Origin: Octopus vulgaris
Taxonomy: Eukaryota
Direction of reading: 5' to 3'
DNA: 64,000 nt
Assembly: GCA_951406725.2 (NCBI GenBank)
Contig: OX597824.1
Location: 19,654,001 to 19,718,000, forward strand
Below the pieces are notes generated by a model. That model was not told where the DNA came from. It saw only the letters and a list, made by a program, of their open reading frames with translations, and did not search any database. A program made the translations under genes and the position numbers. Numbering within the stretch: the first letter of the stretch is position 1; each line of letters begins with the position of its first letter. Positions 1 through 14,194 of this stretch are shown in pieces.

Positions 1-263
1 AACCGCTAAGTAAGGGGAACGGGAAAATGCCAACGCCTATTGTGATGGGAGGACAAGCATAAAAGAAACAAAGACACACACATACACACACACACACACA
101 AATATATACAGGACGGGCTTCCGTTTAATTTTCATCTACCAAACTTACTCACAAAGCATTAGTCAACCTGGGGCTATAGTAGAAAATATCTGCCTAAGCT
201 GTAGCACAGTAGAACTAAACCCAGGGCCTCGTACATGTAAAGCGAGCTCCCTAACCACACAGC
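1..263 (-). mobile_element. tRNA-derived SINE family A, old diverged copy cut by the window edge
   Basis: Degenerate match to the reverse complement of family A (acgggctt...ctaccaaacttactcacaaagc...ggggctatagtagaa...ctaaccacacagc). Confidence 0.75.
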
Positions 264-282
264 ATTTCCTGTCCCTCTATAT

Positions 283-775
283 CATAGTTTTTCAAATTTT
301 TGGGGCCATCGCACCCCTCATGGCCACATAATACGCTCAGCGCCCCCATCCCTATTTTTATGCCAGTGCTTTTCAACCTTTTTGCTGGAGCGGAACCCCA
401 AGGAAACATTCCACTGGCTCGAGGAACCCCTGTGCAATAATTTAATTGTCTTATGCACACATATCTGCACAGGAGAATTAAAAATTACTGTCGATTTTAA
501 CATTTTTCTAACTTCTTGCGGAACCCCTGGAATGTACTGGCGGAACCCTAAGGTTCCGCAGAACCCTGGTTGAAAACTACTGTTTTATGTATAAATATAT
601 ATCTTTTATTAATTTATATATATACTACGAATCATTTGATATTTAATATAATATTATATAATTTGTATACAATACTATAATAATATTATAATAGATTCAT
701 AGCACCACCACCCCCAATCCACTGCCTTTCTACCAACGCCTCCTTTTTCTCTTCCGCCCACTTTGAGAACCTATG
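283..775. mobile_element. Non-autonomous hAT (Charlie-like) MITE, outer element
   Basis: TIRs CATAGTTTTTCAAA (283) and TTTGAGAACCTATG (ends 775); 8-bp TSD ctctatat/atctatat (7/8 match). Confidence 0.75.
364..582. mobile_element. Non-autonomous hAT (Charlie-like) MITE nested in the outer MITE
   Basis: TIRs CAGTGCTTTTCAACC and GGTTGAAAACTACTG; 8-bp TSD ttttatgc/ttttatgt; repeated subterminal GGAACCC motifs. Confidence 0.85.
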
Positions 776-1017
776 ATCTATATAAATGTTTGGGGGTGAT
801 GAAATGATGAGATATGTTTGAACATTTTCAGGTGCCTTCATTTGATTGTTGTTGTTGTTGTTGTTGCTATGCTTCTTAATCCTTAATGGTTTGTTCAAAA
901 CCTCTTTCATAACAGCCAATACCATTACTTTAGAAAGAACGATTCATCTGTACCGGCAAATGACATATCTGAAACGAATAAATATATAAATAAATAACAG
1001 TCATAGCAACAACAATT

Positions 1018-1059
1018 ATGATAATTATAATTATAATAATAATAATAATAATAATGATG

Positions 1060-1111
<52 letters not shown>

Positions 1112-1168
1112 TAATAATGATAATATTAATAATAATAATGATAATAATAATAATAATGATAATAATAA

Positions 1169-1200
<32 letters not shown>

Positions 1201-1203
1201 ATA

Positions 1204-1245
<42 letters not shown>

Positions 1246-1261
1246 TTGGTGAAGATGATGG

Positions 1262-1295
<34 letters not shown>

Positions 1296-1298
1296 AAT
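1018..1298. repeat. Compound (AAT)n/(GAT)n microsatellite
   Basis: Directly visible. Confidence 0.95.
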
Positions 1299-1963
1299 AG
1301 GCATGATAGAGCAGCACAATATATTCACTGGGTAATTTGCAATAAACCTGGAACTGCCCCATGATAAAAACTGGTGGGGCCACAAACCACCTCCAGTGCT
1401 TGAAAATGATCACGTTTCACTACTCAGGAAATTCACCATTCAAACTGACAGAAAGATAGACGCGAATAGGCGAGACATCATATTGAAAGACTTCAGACAA
1501 AAATCATTCCTCCTCATCGATATGACTGTCCCAATCGACATAAATGTTGTCTGTGCAGACATACCAAATTAAGCAAATATAAAGATCTTGAAATAAAAAT
1601 TGGCAAAATGTGGAACCTGAAGACTAAAACAATACCGGTTGTCATAGGTGCCCTGGGAATGATAGCAAAAGGGGCTGATTGCTACCTAACTCAGATACCA
1701 GGAGACCCCAAAATGGCAGAAATTCAAAAGATGGTGCTCATGGGAACTGCCCATATCCTACGTAAAATACTGTCTATGTAATCTCAAATTTTAAAACAAA
1801 CTCATGATATTCTTATGCTTTCTTAAACATTCTCTACTATATGCAAAACCAAATATATAGTACCCCAGGCATAGCACAAATATGAACTTCTAACGTGTTG
1901 TCTCTTGAGGTCTCTGGGTGAGACGTGGAGTCAACTTGTACAAATACAAAGCAAAAGTCAAAC

Positions 1964-1965
<2 letters not shown>
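1299..1965 (+). mobile_element. 5'-truncated RLE-type non-LTR retrotransposon (R4/Dong-like): restriction-like endonuclease pseudogene plus 3' UTR
   Basis: Translation across frameshifts gives RHDRAAQYIHWVIC...WWGHKPPPVLEND...TIQTDRKIDANRRDII...LLIDMTVPID...SKYKDLEI...TIPVVIGALG...IQKMVLMGTAHILRKILSM* (stop 1779-1781), the R4/Dong RLE signature; the 3' end runs into (AAT)n. Confidence 0.88.
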
Positions 1966-2484
<519 letters not shown>

Positions 2485-2983
2485 TTACTACGGGCGGAAA
2501 AGTCTTCTGCATGATCGCTTTAACTGCTTCTTCCAAGGTAGGTAACTATTATCAGCGTAGACTTCACCTTGAGAATTTTCTGTACACGTTATCGCCATAT
2601 TTGAACTTTGATTGCTAAATTCAAACGTCATCAATCACGTGTTTATTTTGTTGATGACAAATATACGTGGTCATTGTGTTTATTTTTGTATTGTGCAACG
2701 CTTCCTTTCATTAGGGGACTCGTTTTGCAGGGAATCCGATATAGTATGAATGTCTAGTCAACTAAGGTTTTCCTATCTTGTTATTATTTTTCCCTTTTTT
2801 TTCTTTTTGTGCCGCAATCTCTTACAATAGCAGCTTGTTCTGTAAGTACGTGAGCCAGCGACTTAGTGAAGTACAGCGAGCGTTTTAGTTTGATAGGGGG
2901 AAGTAATACATACAAACTGCATAAGTTTATACAACTTATGCATATATATATATATACATACGTGTATATATGTAATGTGTATG

Positions 2984-3056
<73 letters not shown>

Positions 3057-3060
3057 GCAA

Positions 3061-3141
<81 letters not shown>

Positions 3142-3205
3142 AAAGGGTAGTTTTCTTTTCTGTTTAAATGTACACTATTTAAAAATATATTTATATATAT
3201 ATATA

Positions 3206-3595
3206 CTAGTAGTATTGCCCGGCGTTGCTCGGGTTTGTTTCGACCCTTTAGAATTAGAATTTTTGAAAAGTGAAAATTTTACATTATGTAGCTTGTTATT
3301 TTCTTTAAGTGAACATTTTTCTGGTTGAAATAAACCGAAAAATGGCGACACACCAGTCAGAAAATCGTAAAAAAATTAGGATTTTCATAGAAAAAAAAGC
3401 ACCATTTTGATGTAAATAATGTTTGGCGTTAACATGGTCCGCTTCGAATTTTATCTACGGAAGGAAGAGCAAGCCTTCTTCTATCATACTCTCAATTTTG
3501 GTCAACTTGCGCCGCAGGGTTTCGGAGGAGATAGTGTTAGTTCAAAGGCTACCAAACCTGCCACACACAGACAACTTCAGCTTTATATATATAGA
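3206..3595 (-). mobile_element. Non-autonomous Helitron
   Basis: Minus strand begins A|TCTATATATATAAAG and ends with hairpin CCCGAGCAACGCCGGG, then CTAG|T; no TSD. Confidence 0.85.
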
Positions 3596-3619
3596 TATAT
3601 ATACACACAGACATATATT

Positions 3620-4075
3620 TGTATGTATGTATGTATGTATGTATGTATGTATGAATGTATGTATGTATGTATGCATGTATGTATGTATGTATGTATGTAT
3701 GTATGTATGCATGTATGTATGTATGTATGTATGTATGTATGCATGTATGCATGTATGTATGTATGTATGTATGTATGTATTATGTATGTATGTATGTATG
3801 TATGTATTATGTATGTATGTATGTATGCATGTATGTATGTATGTATGTATGCATGTATTTATTATGTATGTATGTATGTATGTATGTATGTATGTATGAA
3901 TGTATGTATGCATGTATGTATGTATGTATGAATGTATGTATGCATGTATGTATGTATGTATGTATGTATGTATGTATGTATGTATGTATGTATGTATGTA
4001 TGTATGTATGTATGTATGTATGTATGTATGTATGTATGTATGTATGTATGTATGTATGTATGTATGTATGTATTT
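3620..4075. repeat. (TATG)n microsatellite
   Basis: Directly visible. Confidence 0.95.
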
Positions 4076-4800
4076 ATGTATGTTTATGAATGTATTTATG
4101 TAGATATGTTTCTATATTTGCATGTATATATATCTTCGTATTTATAATTTACGCTAAAAGTTCTGTGCATTAAAAAAATCCCAATTAAAGTTTAAGTAAA
4201 CCAAAGTTATTTACGTAAAGTATTTGCTGTGAAACACCAAACGGATGTGAATGCACCAAGTTGTTTTCATTTCATACACAAGAAAATGAAGCAAATTAAA
4301 CTCATATGCTCACGGGTACGTTGACCGCTAATGAAGGGACAAGTACCGCCACGTCTTTCAGCTGACAATGAATAAGTTTAATCAAGATGTGTTCGCTGGA
4401 AGACAAGGAACTGGCCACCGAGTCCTGAGACATTTTACACTATCTCCTATGTTTTTTTTTTTTTTTTGTCTGTTTGGTAAACATAACAAAGTGTGTTTAC
4501 GACCATAAAACTTTTCACTGAGGTTTTTACTGCTCGTAAATGCAGTATTTTTAGTACGTTAGATTTATGCAGTTATACGGGCAAGCGTGTGTACGAGCGT
4601 GTGTGTGTGTGTATATATGTGTTATATAAAAGTAATACAAGCAAACTGTCACTTCGATGTTTCGCCTCGAGTGGTTCTTAAAATTGACTGAATGGGTGTT
4701 ACCTCCGAAACTTCAAATTCAGATTTACCTTGTATTTCGTATGAATACAATATTTAGATTTACAATATTTACAAACCGACACAAATACACACACACACTC

Positions 4801-4837
<37 letters not shown>

Positions 4838-4896
4838 TACACATACACACAGGTATCTTTCTTTATCTCCCATTCTTTCCCCCTCTCTCTCTCTCT

Positions 4897-4933
<37 letters not shown>

Positions 4934-4965
4934 TATATGTATGTATATATATGTATGTATGTATG

Positions 4966-5008
<43 letters not shown>

Positions 5009-5039
5009 ATGTATATATATATATGTATGTATGTATATA

Positions 5040-5078
<39 letters not shown>

Positions 5079-5114
5079 AAAAAACAAGCCATATATATAT
5101 ATATATATATACAT

Positions 5115-5499
5115 AGGCGCAGGAGTGGCTGTGTGGTATGTAGCTTGCTTACCAACCACATGGTTCCGGGCTCAGTCACACAGCGTGGCACCTTGGGCAA
5201 GTGTCTTCTAATATAGACTCGGGCCGACCAGAACCTTGTGAGTGGATTTGGTAGACGGAAACTGACAGAAGCCCGTCGTGTATATGTATATGTATATATA
5301 TATATGTCTGTTTGTGTGTCAGTGTTTGTCCTCCCCAACATCACTTGACACCCGATGCTGGGGTGTTTACGTCCCCGTTCGGCAAAAGAGACCAATAGAA
5401 TAAGTACTGGGCTTAGAAAGAATAGGTCCTGGGGTCGATTTGCTCGACTAAAGGCGGTGCTCCAGCATGGCCGCAGTCAAATGACTGAAACAAGTAAAT
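5115..5499 (+). mobile_element. tRNA-derived SINE family A, full length
   Basis: A-box-like TGGCTGTGTGG, B-box-like GGCTCAGTC (GGTTCAGTCCC in other copies), CORE-like CCTTGGGCAAGTG, internal (TA)/(TG) tract, tail GGCGGTGCTCCAGCATGGCCGCAGTCAAATGACTGAAACAAG; more than 20 copies in the window. Confidence 0.9.
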
Positions 5500-5756
5500 A
5501 AAATATATATATTTATTAATAGCTACACACCCACATACATACATATATACATTTCTATTTTCTACTTAGAAATAAACAGTCTTGACTGCTATTTCTAATT
5601 TTTTCGGTGTGCGGCCAAGCAACCTGTTGCCTGCCCCATTTATTTATATAGAATATATATACTGAACTTTACAGAAGTTCCTACCGTTAATCGGTTATAT
5701 TTACATACCGAATTCTACCAGTAATATAATTGTTGTTTTTTTTAAAAACCATTATA

Positions 5757-5817
<61 letters not shown>

Positions 5818-5833
5818 GTATTATATATATATA

Positions 5834-5894
<61 letters not shown>

Positions 5895-5899
<5 letters not shown>

Positions 5900-6109
5900 T
5901 CGCCATGTTGATTCGCTAGTTTCTGCACGCATTTTTTCTCTCTCCTTGTTTCTTTCCGTGTTTCTTTTCTGTGCATCTTTCTGTTGAAGAGCGTAGGCTC
6001 GAAACGTAAAAGACTTGTTTTATTTATATTCCAGAGCGCCATACTAATACAATTGTTTGTTTGTATTCCACCTGCCTTCGTCTTTTGTTTATTTTCATAA
6101 AGCTTCCCG

Positions 6110-6111
<2 letters not shown>
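5895..6111 (+). mobile_element. Short ORF-less PLE-type element (HHR family 1) between (TA)n tracts
   Basis: Near-identical copy at 31103-31323; contains a hammerhead-like fold at 5976-6013. Confidence 0.7.
5976..6013 (+). ncRNA. Minimal type I hammerhead-ribozyme-like motif (A6U core variant)
   Basis: TCTTT-CTGTTGA-A-GAGC gtag GCTC-GAA-ACGT-A-AAAGA: 5-bp stem I, 4-bp stem II, palindromic loopless stem III, GUA triplet. Confidence 0.62.
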
Positions 6112-6165
<54 letters not shown>

Positions 6166-6335
6166 ATGTATATATATAAAGACAAATGCATATACGTACA
6201 CATAAACACCTACGAACACACATACATATTACACCTACGCGAATACTGACACACAAAGAATCACAGACACATACACATCCCCGATTTAATTCATGGTATT
6301 GACGATTTTATGTAAGTATAAAATGCGCGCGCACA

Positions 6336-6366
<31 letters not shown>

Positions 6367-6831
6367 ATCCAAGAGTGTGCCTGTGTTTGATCGCCTGTAT
6401 AATGTGTGCGCACCTCATTTGCTTCTGCAGTTCGTATATTAAACGATCTAATCACGTCCACACGTGTATGGGTTTATGTATTCCCGTGTATGAGTGCGGT
6501 GTAAACTGATATACGTAGGTGAACGGGAGCAGTTATGTAATTTTTAGTGGGGTGTTTTTTTTTATGTGTATTTGTGTGTGTGAATGCATGTGTGTGTGTG
6601 TGTGTGTGTGTGTGCGTTTGTTGTGCATTGTATGTATTAATTATGTGCAAGCTTCACTGCACAGTAATAATTCTGGAAGTACGCATAAATATGAGCAACG
6701 AAACAAAACACAACGCACAAACACCTCCATATATACCAACACTATGTGTGTGTGTGTGTGAATGCGTGTATAGGTGTGTATATGTGAGTGTGTGTATGTA
6801 TATATATATGCACAGACATATGTACGTGCAC

Positions 6832-6903
<72 letters not shown>

Positions 6904-6965
6904 GTGTGTTCTGTTACTATATATAAACATATATGTTATATGCAATTATATACATATACATATAC

Positions 6966-7005
<40 letters not shown>

Positions 7006-7078
7006 AAAAAATGAATATATATATATATATATGAATATATATATATATATGTATATATATTTATATATATGCATTTAT

Positions 7079-7118
<40 letters not shown>

Positions 7119-7137
7119 TTACACAAATACACACATA

Positions 7138-7171
<34 letters not shown>

Positions 7172-7225
7172 CAAAAATACATATATATAATATACATATA
7201 TATGTATTTATATTTACATATATAT

Positions 7226-7271
<46 letters not shown>

Positions 7272-7386
7272 TACATACGTATGTACATATATATTTGCAT
7301 AGTTATATGTACATGCATATATTTATATATGTATGCGTATTCATACGTATATGCATCTATTTATCTGTATATAAACATTTATATAT

Positions 7387-7420
<34 letters not shown>

Positions 7421-7495
7421 GTATGTATGTATATGTATATATATATATGCATATGCATATTCATAGGTACACATGCACTCATATACGCACAAACG

Positions 7496-7538
<43 letters not shown>

Positions 7539-7621
7539 ATCAATATGCATATATATACATATATACTTACATATCTGTATCTGTTTTTATACATATATGT
7601 ATGCACACACACACACACACA

Positions 7622-7655
<34 letters not shown>

Positions 7656-8171
7656 GAAATTTACATATAACTATACTAAAACAGAAATAACACTTACACA
7701 CATTCTGTGATTCGATAACGCGCACGCGCACACACACATACACACACTGACACGCGCGCGCGCGCGCACGCAAACACGCCCAACACATCGCACTTCAACG
7801 CAAAAGTCATACACAGAAAAACGCTTCAAATCTCACACACAGAGCAGTAAACACACATACACACACACACACAGGTACACACACACATGTACACACACAC
7901 ACACACACAAAATGCATGTGCACATGCACACACCATCATGCAGGCAAGCTTGCAGACATTTTTACTTCAATCCTGTCTTAGTTGCAGAATGAATTTCCAA
8001 AAGACAGTGAGCCGTATTAAAAGTAAGATTTTGAAATGTCAAAATCGCCAGTTCCTTTAAAAGGAATTCTCACATAAGATTTCTTAAATTCCACTTCTTT
8101 TTTTACCATATTCTTATGTCTTTTAAAAATTCGTTTTATACTCGTTCTTTAAAGCGCAGAGAATTTACACG

Positions 8172-8227
8172 AAGTAGAAGAAGAAGAAGAAGAAGAAGAA
8201 GAAGAAGAAGAAGAAGAAGAAGAAGAA

Positions 8228-8271
<44 letters not shown>

Positions 8272-8296
8272 GGAGAAGAAGAAGAAGAAGAAGAAG

Positions 8297-8327
<31 letters not shown>

Positions 8328-8411
8328 GGAAGAAGAAGAAGAAGAAGAAGAAGAAGAAGAAGAAGAAGAATAAGAAGAAGAATAAGAAGAAGAAGAAGAA
8401 GAAGAAGAAGA
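8172..8411. repeat. (GAA)n purine tract
   Basis: Directly visible. Confidence 0.95.
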
Positions 8412-8578
8412 TACCAGGCATTGCTAAATTGCAACCTTATTTTCTTTAAATTTTACCATTTCGTCATCTGGGAGGCGAAATTTCTTTAAAATCTACAGAA
8501 ATACGTCACAGCTTCATTGAAGCTAGAATTCTTCCCTTATTCCTGGTTTTACAGTCTATCGTTCACTGTCATCACTCA

Positions 8579-8581
<3 letters not shown>

Positions 8582-8625
<44 letters not shown>

Positions 8626-8791
8626 CACCTCTTTCTTTCTCTCTTTTTCTCCCTCTTTTTCTCTCTTGCACTCTTCTTGACACCCCTCTCTCTCTCTCTC
8701 CCTATCTCCCTCTGTTTTTCGCTCTTGCTCTCTTCTTGTTCCCTCTCTATCACTCTCACCCTCTTTTTCTATCTTGTACTCGTCCTGCCAC

Positions 8792-8824
<33 letters not shown>

Positions 8825-9440
8825 TCTCTCTCTCTCTGTCTCCCTCTTTTTCTCTCTTACACTCTTCTTGTTCTCTCTCTCTCTCTCTCTACCTATTTTC
8901 TCCCTTGCTCTCTCCCTGTTTTTCTTTCTTACTCTCTCCCTGTTCCGTCTCTCTCCCACTCTCCCTCCTTTTTCTCTCTTGCTTTTCTCTCCCTGTTCCG
9001 TCTCTCTCTCTCTTTCTCTCTCTCTCTTTCTCTCTCTCTCTTCTCTTCCTCTCCCTCCTTCTTTTTCTCTCTTGCTCTCTCCCTGTTCCCCCTCTCTCTG
9101 TCTCTCTCTTTCTCTCTCTATCTCTCTTGCTCTCTCCCTGTTTATTCTCTCTGTCTTTCTCTCTTACCCTTTTTCTCTCTGTCTCCCACTTTTTCCCTTG
9201 CACCCTCCCTCTTTCTCTCTCTCTTGCTTTCTCCCTCTTTCTCTCTCTCTTGCTTTCTCCCTCTTTCTCTCTCTCCTTCTCTTTCTCTCTACACTATTTC
9301 CGATTCTCACTTTCACCTCTCTCTTACCCTCACACGCTCTGTCTCTCTCTTTAGTATTTTTCTGAAATAACTCTTCTCTCTATATATCTCTCCCTCACCT
9401 TCTCCTCTATCTCTTTCTGTCTCTCCTCCTTATCTCTCTC
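8582..9440. repeat. (CT)n-derived polypyrimidine tract with recurring ctcttgctctctccctg sub-repeats
   Basis: Directly visible; ~860 bp of strongly pyrimidine-biased + strand. Confidence 0.9.
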
Positions 9441-9442
9441 TG

Positions 9443-9635
9443 GGTACCGTTGGCGATTTTTTTTCCTCTGTCTTCCCTTCTCTGGATCTTTCCTTCTCCT
9501 ATGTTTCCGACGAAGAGCTCCACTCGAAACGTTAAACCCTCCTTCTTTCCTTCTTTCCTGAGCGTCCAATAATACTATATTTGTTCCACGTCCTCGCGTT
9601 GTTGTGTTTTTTTGTGCTTTCTTGTTTGGATTAAC

Positions 9636-9636
<1 letters not shown>
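9443..9636 (+). mobile_element. Short ORF-less PLE-type element (HHR family 2); hammerhead-like motif at 9503-9537
   Basis: GTTT-CCGACGA-A-GAG ctcca CTC-GAA-ACGT-T-AAAC; homologous copies at 18345-18535 (+) and 14390-14535 (-). Confidence 0.7.
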
Positions 9637-9667
<31 letters not shown>

Positions 9668-10468
9668 TGTATGTATGTATGTATGTATGTATGTATGTAT
9701 GTATGTATGTATGTATGTATGTATGTATGTATGTATGTATGTATGTATGTATGTATGTATGTATGTATGTATGTACGTATGTATGTATGTACGTACGTAC
9801 GTATGTATGTATGTATGTATGTATGCATGTATGTACGTACGTACGTACGTACGTACGTACGTATGTATGTATGTATGTATGTATGTATGTATGTATGTAT
9901 GTACGTACGTATGTATATATGTACGTATGTATGTATGTATGTACGTATGTATGTATGTACGTACGTATATATGTATGTATGTACGTACGTATGTATTCAT
10001 GTATGCATGTATGAATGTATATATTTATTCATTTATGCATGTACGAATGTATATATGTATGCATGTATGCATGTATATATGTATGCATGAATACGTAAGG
10101 ATTGTATTTGGTTGTACAGTAAAATCGATTTATGAAAACAAAACAAAAATACAAAGAAACAAGAAAACAAAAACCGTCCTCCATATTGAATTGTGGGTTA
10201 CGTTATCCGGAAGAACCTATGATAATACCCTGTGTTTCAAAAGCTCCAGCGGAAGTAGTTTGCGGCCATCTTGTTCCTGCAGGTCACTGGATATGCAAAT
10301 GTATTTAACGACATATTTTTTTGAGAGTGGTATACATACAGTAGACGCGTATGTCATTGTATACCAGTTATGAACATACGTCTCATCACATCAGCTTGTT
10401 GGTTGTTTTCATTTTTTTTCTCATTACATTGACTGAACGATGAATAATACACACGTACATAGACACAC

Positions 10469-10499
<31 letters not shown>

Positions 10500-10856
10500 C
10501 ATACATACATACAAGCGTACATACATACATACATACATACAAGCGTACATACATACATACATACTTACATACATACATACATACATACATAAATACATAC
10601 ATACAAACAAACATACGTACACATGCCTAAATACATATATATATGCATAAATATGTATATATACCTACATATGCATAAATATTTATACACATACGAATAC
10701 GCATACATACATTCATACATAGAGACATACATATAGATATAAATATACCGATGTATGCATATGTGTGCATGTGTGTGTGTGTGTGTGCGTGGATCTCCAC
10801 TTCCATTCCTTTTTCTTTCAACATATCTCGCTATCTATACGTGTGTACATCAATGA

Positions 10857-10901
<45 letters not shown>

Positions 10902-11003
10902 CAGAGAACAAACAGACAGATAGATAGACAGATAGATACTTAGATAGACATAAATTTGTTTGTACATAAATATATATATATATGTGTGTGTGTGTGTATG
11001 TAC

Positions 11004-11061
<58 letters not shown>

Positions 11062-11395
11062 GTATATATGTATACATGTATATATGTATACGTGCATGTG
11101 CATATACGCACGTACGCATCGCACACTTCGTATATGAATAACCAGCGACGCACACCAGCATGATGGCCTCAAACTGTTTCTAACACAGATTTTTATTTCA
11201 AAAGAACTTTTCATAATCTCTTCCGATGTTAGTTCCCACAAGTCAATACGAATTTGATTTCCAAGAGTTTTACTCCAAATGGCTTTACTGAGCACCCATC
11301 CCCAACCCGTATGAAATGTGTGCCTGTGTATGTATGTATGTATGTATGTATGTATGTATGTATGTATGTATAGAGACAGAAAGACAGACAGACAT

Positions 11396-11474
<79 letters not shown>

Positions 11475-11639
11475 TGTCGCAAAAATATTTGCCAAAATAA
11501 CACCTGAAGAAATGGGGTATGCTATGTAATGGACTTCGTATTTTGGGAATATACTACGTCTTTGAATCATGTGTTGTGATGTTTTGAAGTGCCCTATTGT
11601 TTGTGTTTACTAATATATATATATATATATATATATTTA

Positions 11640-12197
11640 TTTATCAGAGTAAGCAATATATGCGAAACAAGGTGAAAAGAATAGTACTCGTATGTTAGAA
11701 GCAGAGTAATATGCTTTATCAAAAAGCAGCAACAATATCAGGACATAAAAAGAAGCAAAACAGGACACAACATTCCTTACGGCCGTTTCCGCTTCCAGTG
11801 TTAGTCGGTGCTTACGAAAGAAATTCCGAAATTAATATTCGTCATGTTCATAGCACATTCGATCTAGTACATCTAGTATATTTCATCAGAGGGAATACAA
11901 AAGGTTTAGACTGGAAGCGGAAACGGCCGTAAGAAATGTTGTGTCATGTTTTTGTATTAAAAAATAATCAACCGATGTGGTTCAATTTGTTTGATTGTTG
12001 ATCAAAAGTTTTCTCCATTTTCTGAATATTTCAATTTGATTCCTGATAAACTTTTGTTTATTCTGTTGTTACCTGTACCCTGTGAGCTCAGTGTGCCTGC
12101 ATACCCATGCCCAGAGATAGCACAGGTAATTAATATCGATAGTAAGAACGAATACTATTATCCTTTAGTCGGTTACTGCAATCCCTAACTCTGCTTA

Positions 12198-12200
<3 letters not shown>
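11640..12200. mobile_element. PLE-type terminal remnant in inverted arrangement with a 43-bp internal inverted repeat
   Basis: Arms 11757-11799 and 11910-11952 (2 mismatches); weaker inverted similarity between ~11645-11695 and ~12145-12195; minus-strand CTGATGA...GAAACGGCCGTA motif. Confidence 0.5.
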
Positions 12201-12242
<42 letters not shown>

Positions 12243-12244
<2 letters not shown>

Positions 12245-12474
12245 TCTTTATTCTCTTTTACTCTTTTACTTGTTTGACTCATTTGACTGCGGCCTTGCTG
12301 GAGCACCACCTTTAGTCGAACAAATCGACCCTAGGGCTGATTCTTTGTAAGCCTAGTACTTATCCTATCAGTGTCTTTTGCCGAACCTCTAAGTTACGGA
12401 AACGTAAACACACCAGCGATATCAAGTGACGGTTGAGGGGCGGGAAACACATACACACACATACACACACACAC

Positions 12475-12531
<57 letters not shown>

Positions 12532-12685
12532 GACGGATTTCTTTCAGTTTCCGTCTACCAAATCCACTAACAAGGCTTTGGTCGGCCCGAGGCTATAGTA
12601 GAAAACACTTGCCCAAGGTGTCACGCAGTGGGACTGAACCCGGAACCATGTGGTTGCTAAGCAAGATACTTACTCTCCTGCGCCT
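12243..12685 (-). mobile_element. SINE family A
   Basis: Reverse complement of the family A consensus, with a small deletion in the head. Confidence 0.9.
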
Positions 12686-12719
12686 ATGTATACACATGCA
12701 TGCTGTACAGTTGTTCCTT

Positions 12720-12975
12720 GTGAACCAAATATGCCTCACAAAACCTTGGAGGACAAATATTCCTCATACCTCCAGAAATGTAAGCATGTGTGTATATCTC
12801 GCAAGCTAGAAAGCAACAACATTGACAATACCATCAGCATTCCCTGGGTCTGTGATAGAGATATCACATTTCACCAAAAATGGCTACGTCCTAGCTATCC
12901 AGCAAGAGATGGCAGCTACTAAATATCTAATTAACGAGTCTGATAAGGACGCCTCTAAACCTGCATGTTACGATA
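12720..12975 (+). pseudogene. Degraded RLE-type (R4/Dong-like) non-LTR ORF fragment upstream of the zinc knuckle
   Basis: Frames give KCKHVCISRKLESNNIDNTISIPW...ITFH and GYVLAIQQEMAATKYLINESDKD, resembling the KxxHG...SxxW...EGxxxAxQ...TxxY block of these elements. Confidence 0.45.
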
Positions 12976-12979
12976 GTGT

Positions 12980-13275
12980 GGGCGCGTCGCTTAGTGGTTT
13001 AGGTATTCGGCTCACGATCAGAAGGTCGCGGGTTCGATTGCAGGCAGAGTGTTGCGTCCTTGAGCAAGACACTTTATATTACCTTACTCCAGTCCACTCG
13101 GCTGGTAAAAATGAATAGTACCAGTATTTCAAAGGGACCAAGCTTGTCAAATTCTGTATAGCGTTAAATCTCCCTCAGGACTACGTTAAGGGTACGCCAC
13201 TTGCACGTTAGTTTCATATGCAGGCTGTTGCGTTGATCCCATCCACTGGATGCATCATCGCTGAAACCGTCGGAG
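12980..13275 (+). mobile_element. tRNA-derived CORE-like SINE family C
   Basis: A-box GCTTAGTGG, B-box GGTTCGATT, CCTTGAGCAAGACACTTTAT; homologous to 28186-28485. Confidence 0.8.
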
Positions 13276-13375
13276 TACCGGTTATGATAAAAGAAAATAT
13301 TGTGATTGGGTCCTGCATCACCGATTGCTCCAAAAAGTCTGAAAGGTAGAATCCCAGGAGACGCAACAGTAACAT

Positions 13376-13650
13376 ACTCTTTTACTCTTTTACTTGTCTC
13401 AGTCATTTGACTGCAGGGCCATGCTGGAGCACCGCCTTTAGTCGAGAAAATCGACCCCAGGACTTATTCTTTGTAAGCCTAGTGCTTATTCTATCAATCT
13501 ATTTTGTCGAACCGCTAAGTTACGGGGACGTAAACACACCGACATCGGCTGTCAAGCGATGTTGGGGGTACAAACACTGACACAAACATACACACACACA
13601 CACACATATATACATATACATATATACGACGGGCTTCTTTCAGTTTCCGT
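13376..13650 (-). mobile_element. SINE family A, 3' part only
   Basis: Match to the consensus stops at cagtttccgt. Confidence 0.88.
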
Positions 13651-13892
13651 GAGTGTGTCTGTGTGTGTGCGTGTATGTGTGTAGGTTGGTAAGTATGTAT
13701 GTGTGTAATGTATGTATGTATGTATGTATGTATGTATGTATGTATGTATGTATGTATGTATGTATGTATGTATGTATGTATGTATGTATGTATGTATGTA
13801 GGTAGGTGTGTGTGTATGTATGTATGTATGTATGTATGTATGTATGTATGTATGTAGGTGTGTGTGTATGTATGTATGTATGTATGTATGTA

Positions 13893-13928
<36 letters not shown>

Positions 13929-14194
13929 CCTAGGTGCGTTGGTATGTGTGTGAAACGTATGAGCCTCTTTCAATTACTTTTCAATTAGATGCCAAGGCTA
14001 TTGTTGTAAACTCACGAATCAGTTCATTCGTCTGTGTCTTCATGCGCAAAAGCATCTAAAGCTGCGATCGTACATGTGGACGCATCTAGACTCTTTCCAG
14101 TGCGCATGCCCAGTAAAAGCAGAATATGTGTATACAGGTGTATGAAAATATATGCATAGATACATTTTAAGGGCTATTCAGAGCAGATCTCAGA

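Noticed and set aside
2628-2658. GTCATCAA...TTGATGAC hairpin as a miRNA precursor
   Set aside because: The stem is only about 8-10 bp, too short, and I recognise no mature miRNA.
4650-4690. Possible minus-strand hammerhead (…GGCGAAACATC…)
   Set aside because: The 5' core and stem I are not recognisable.
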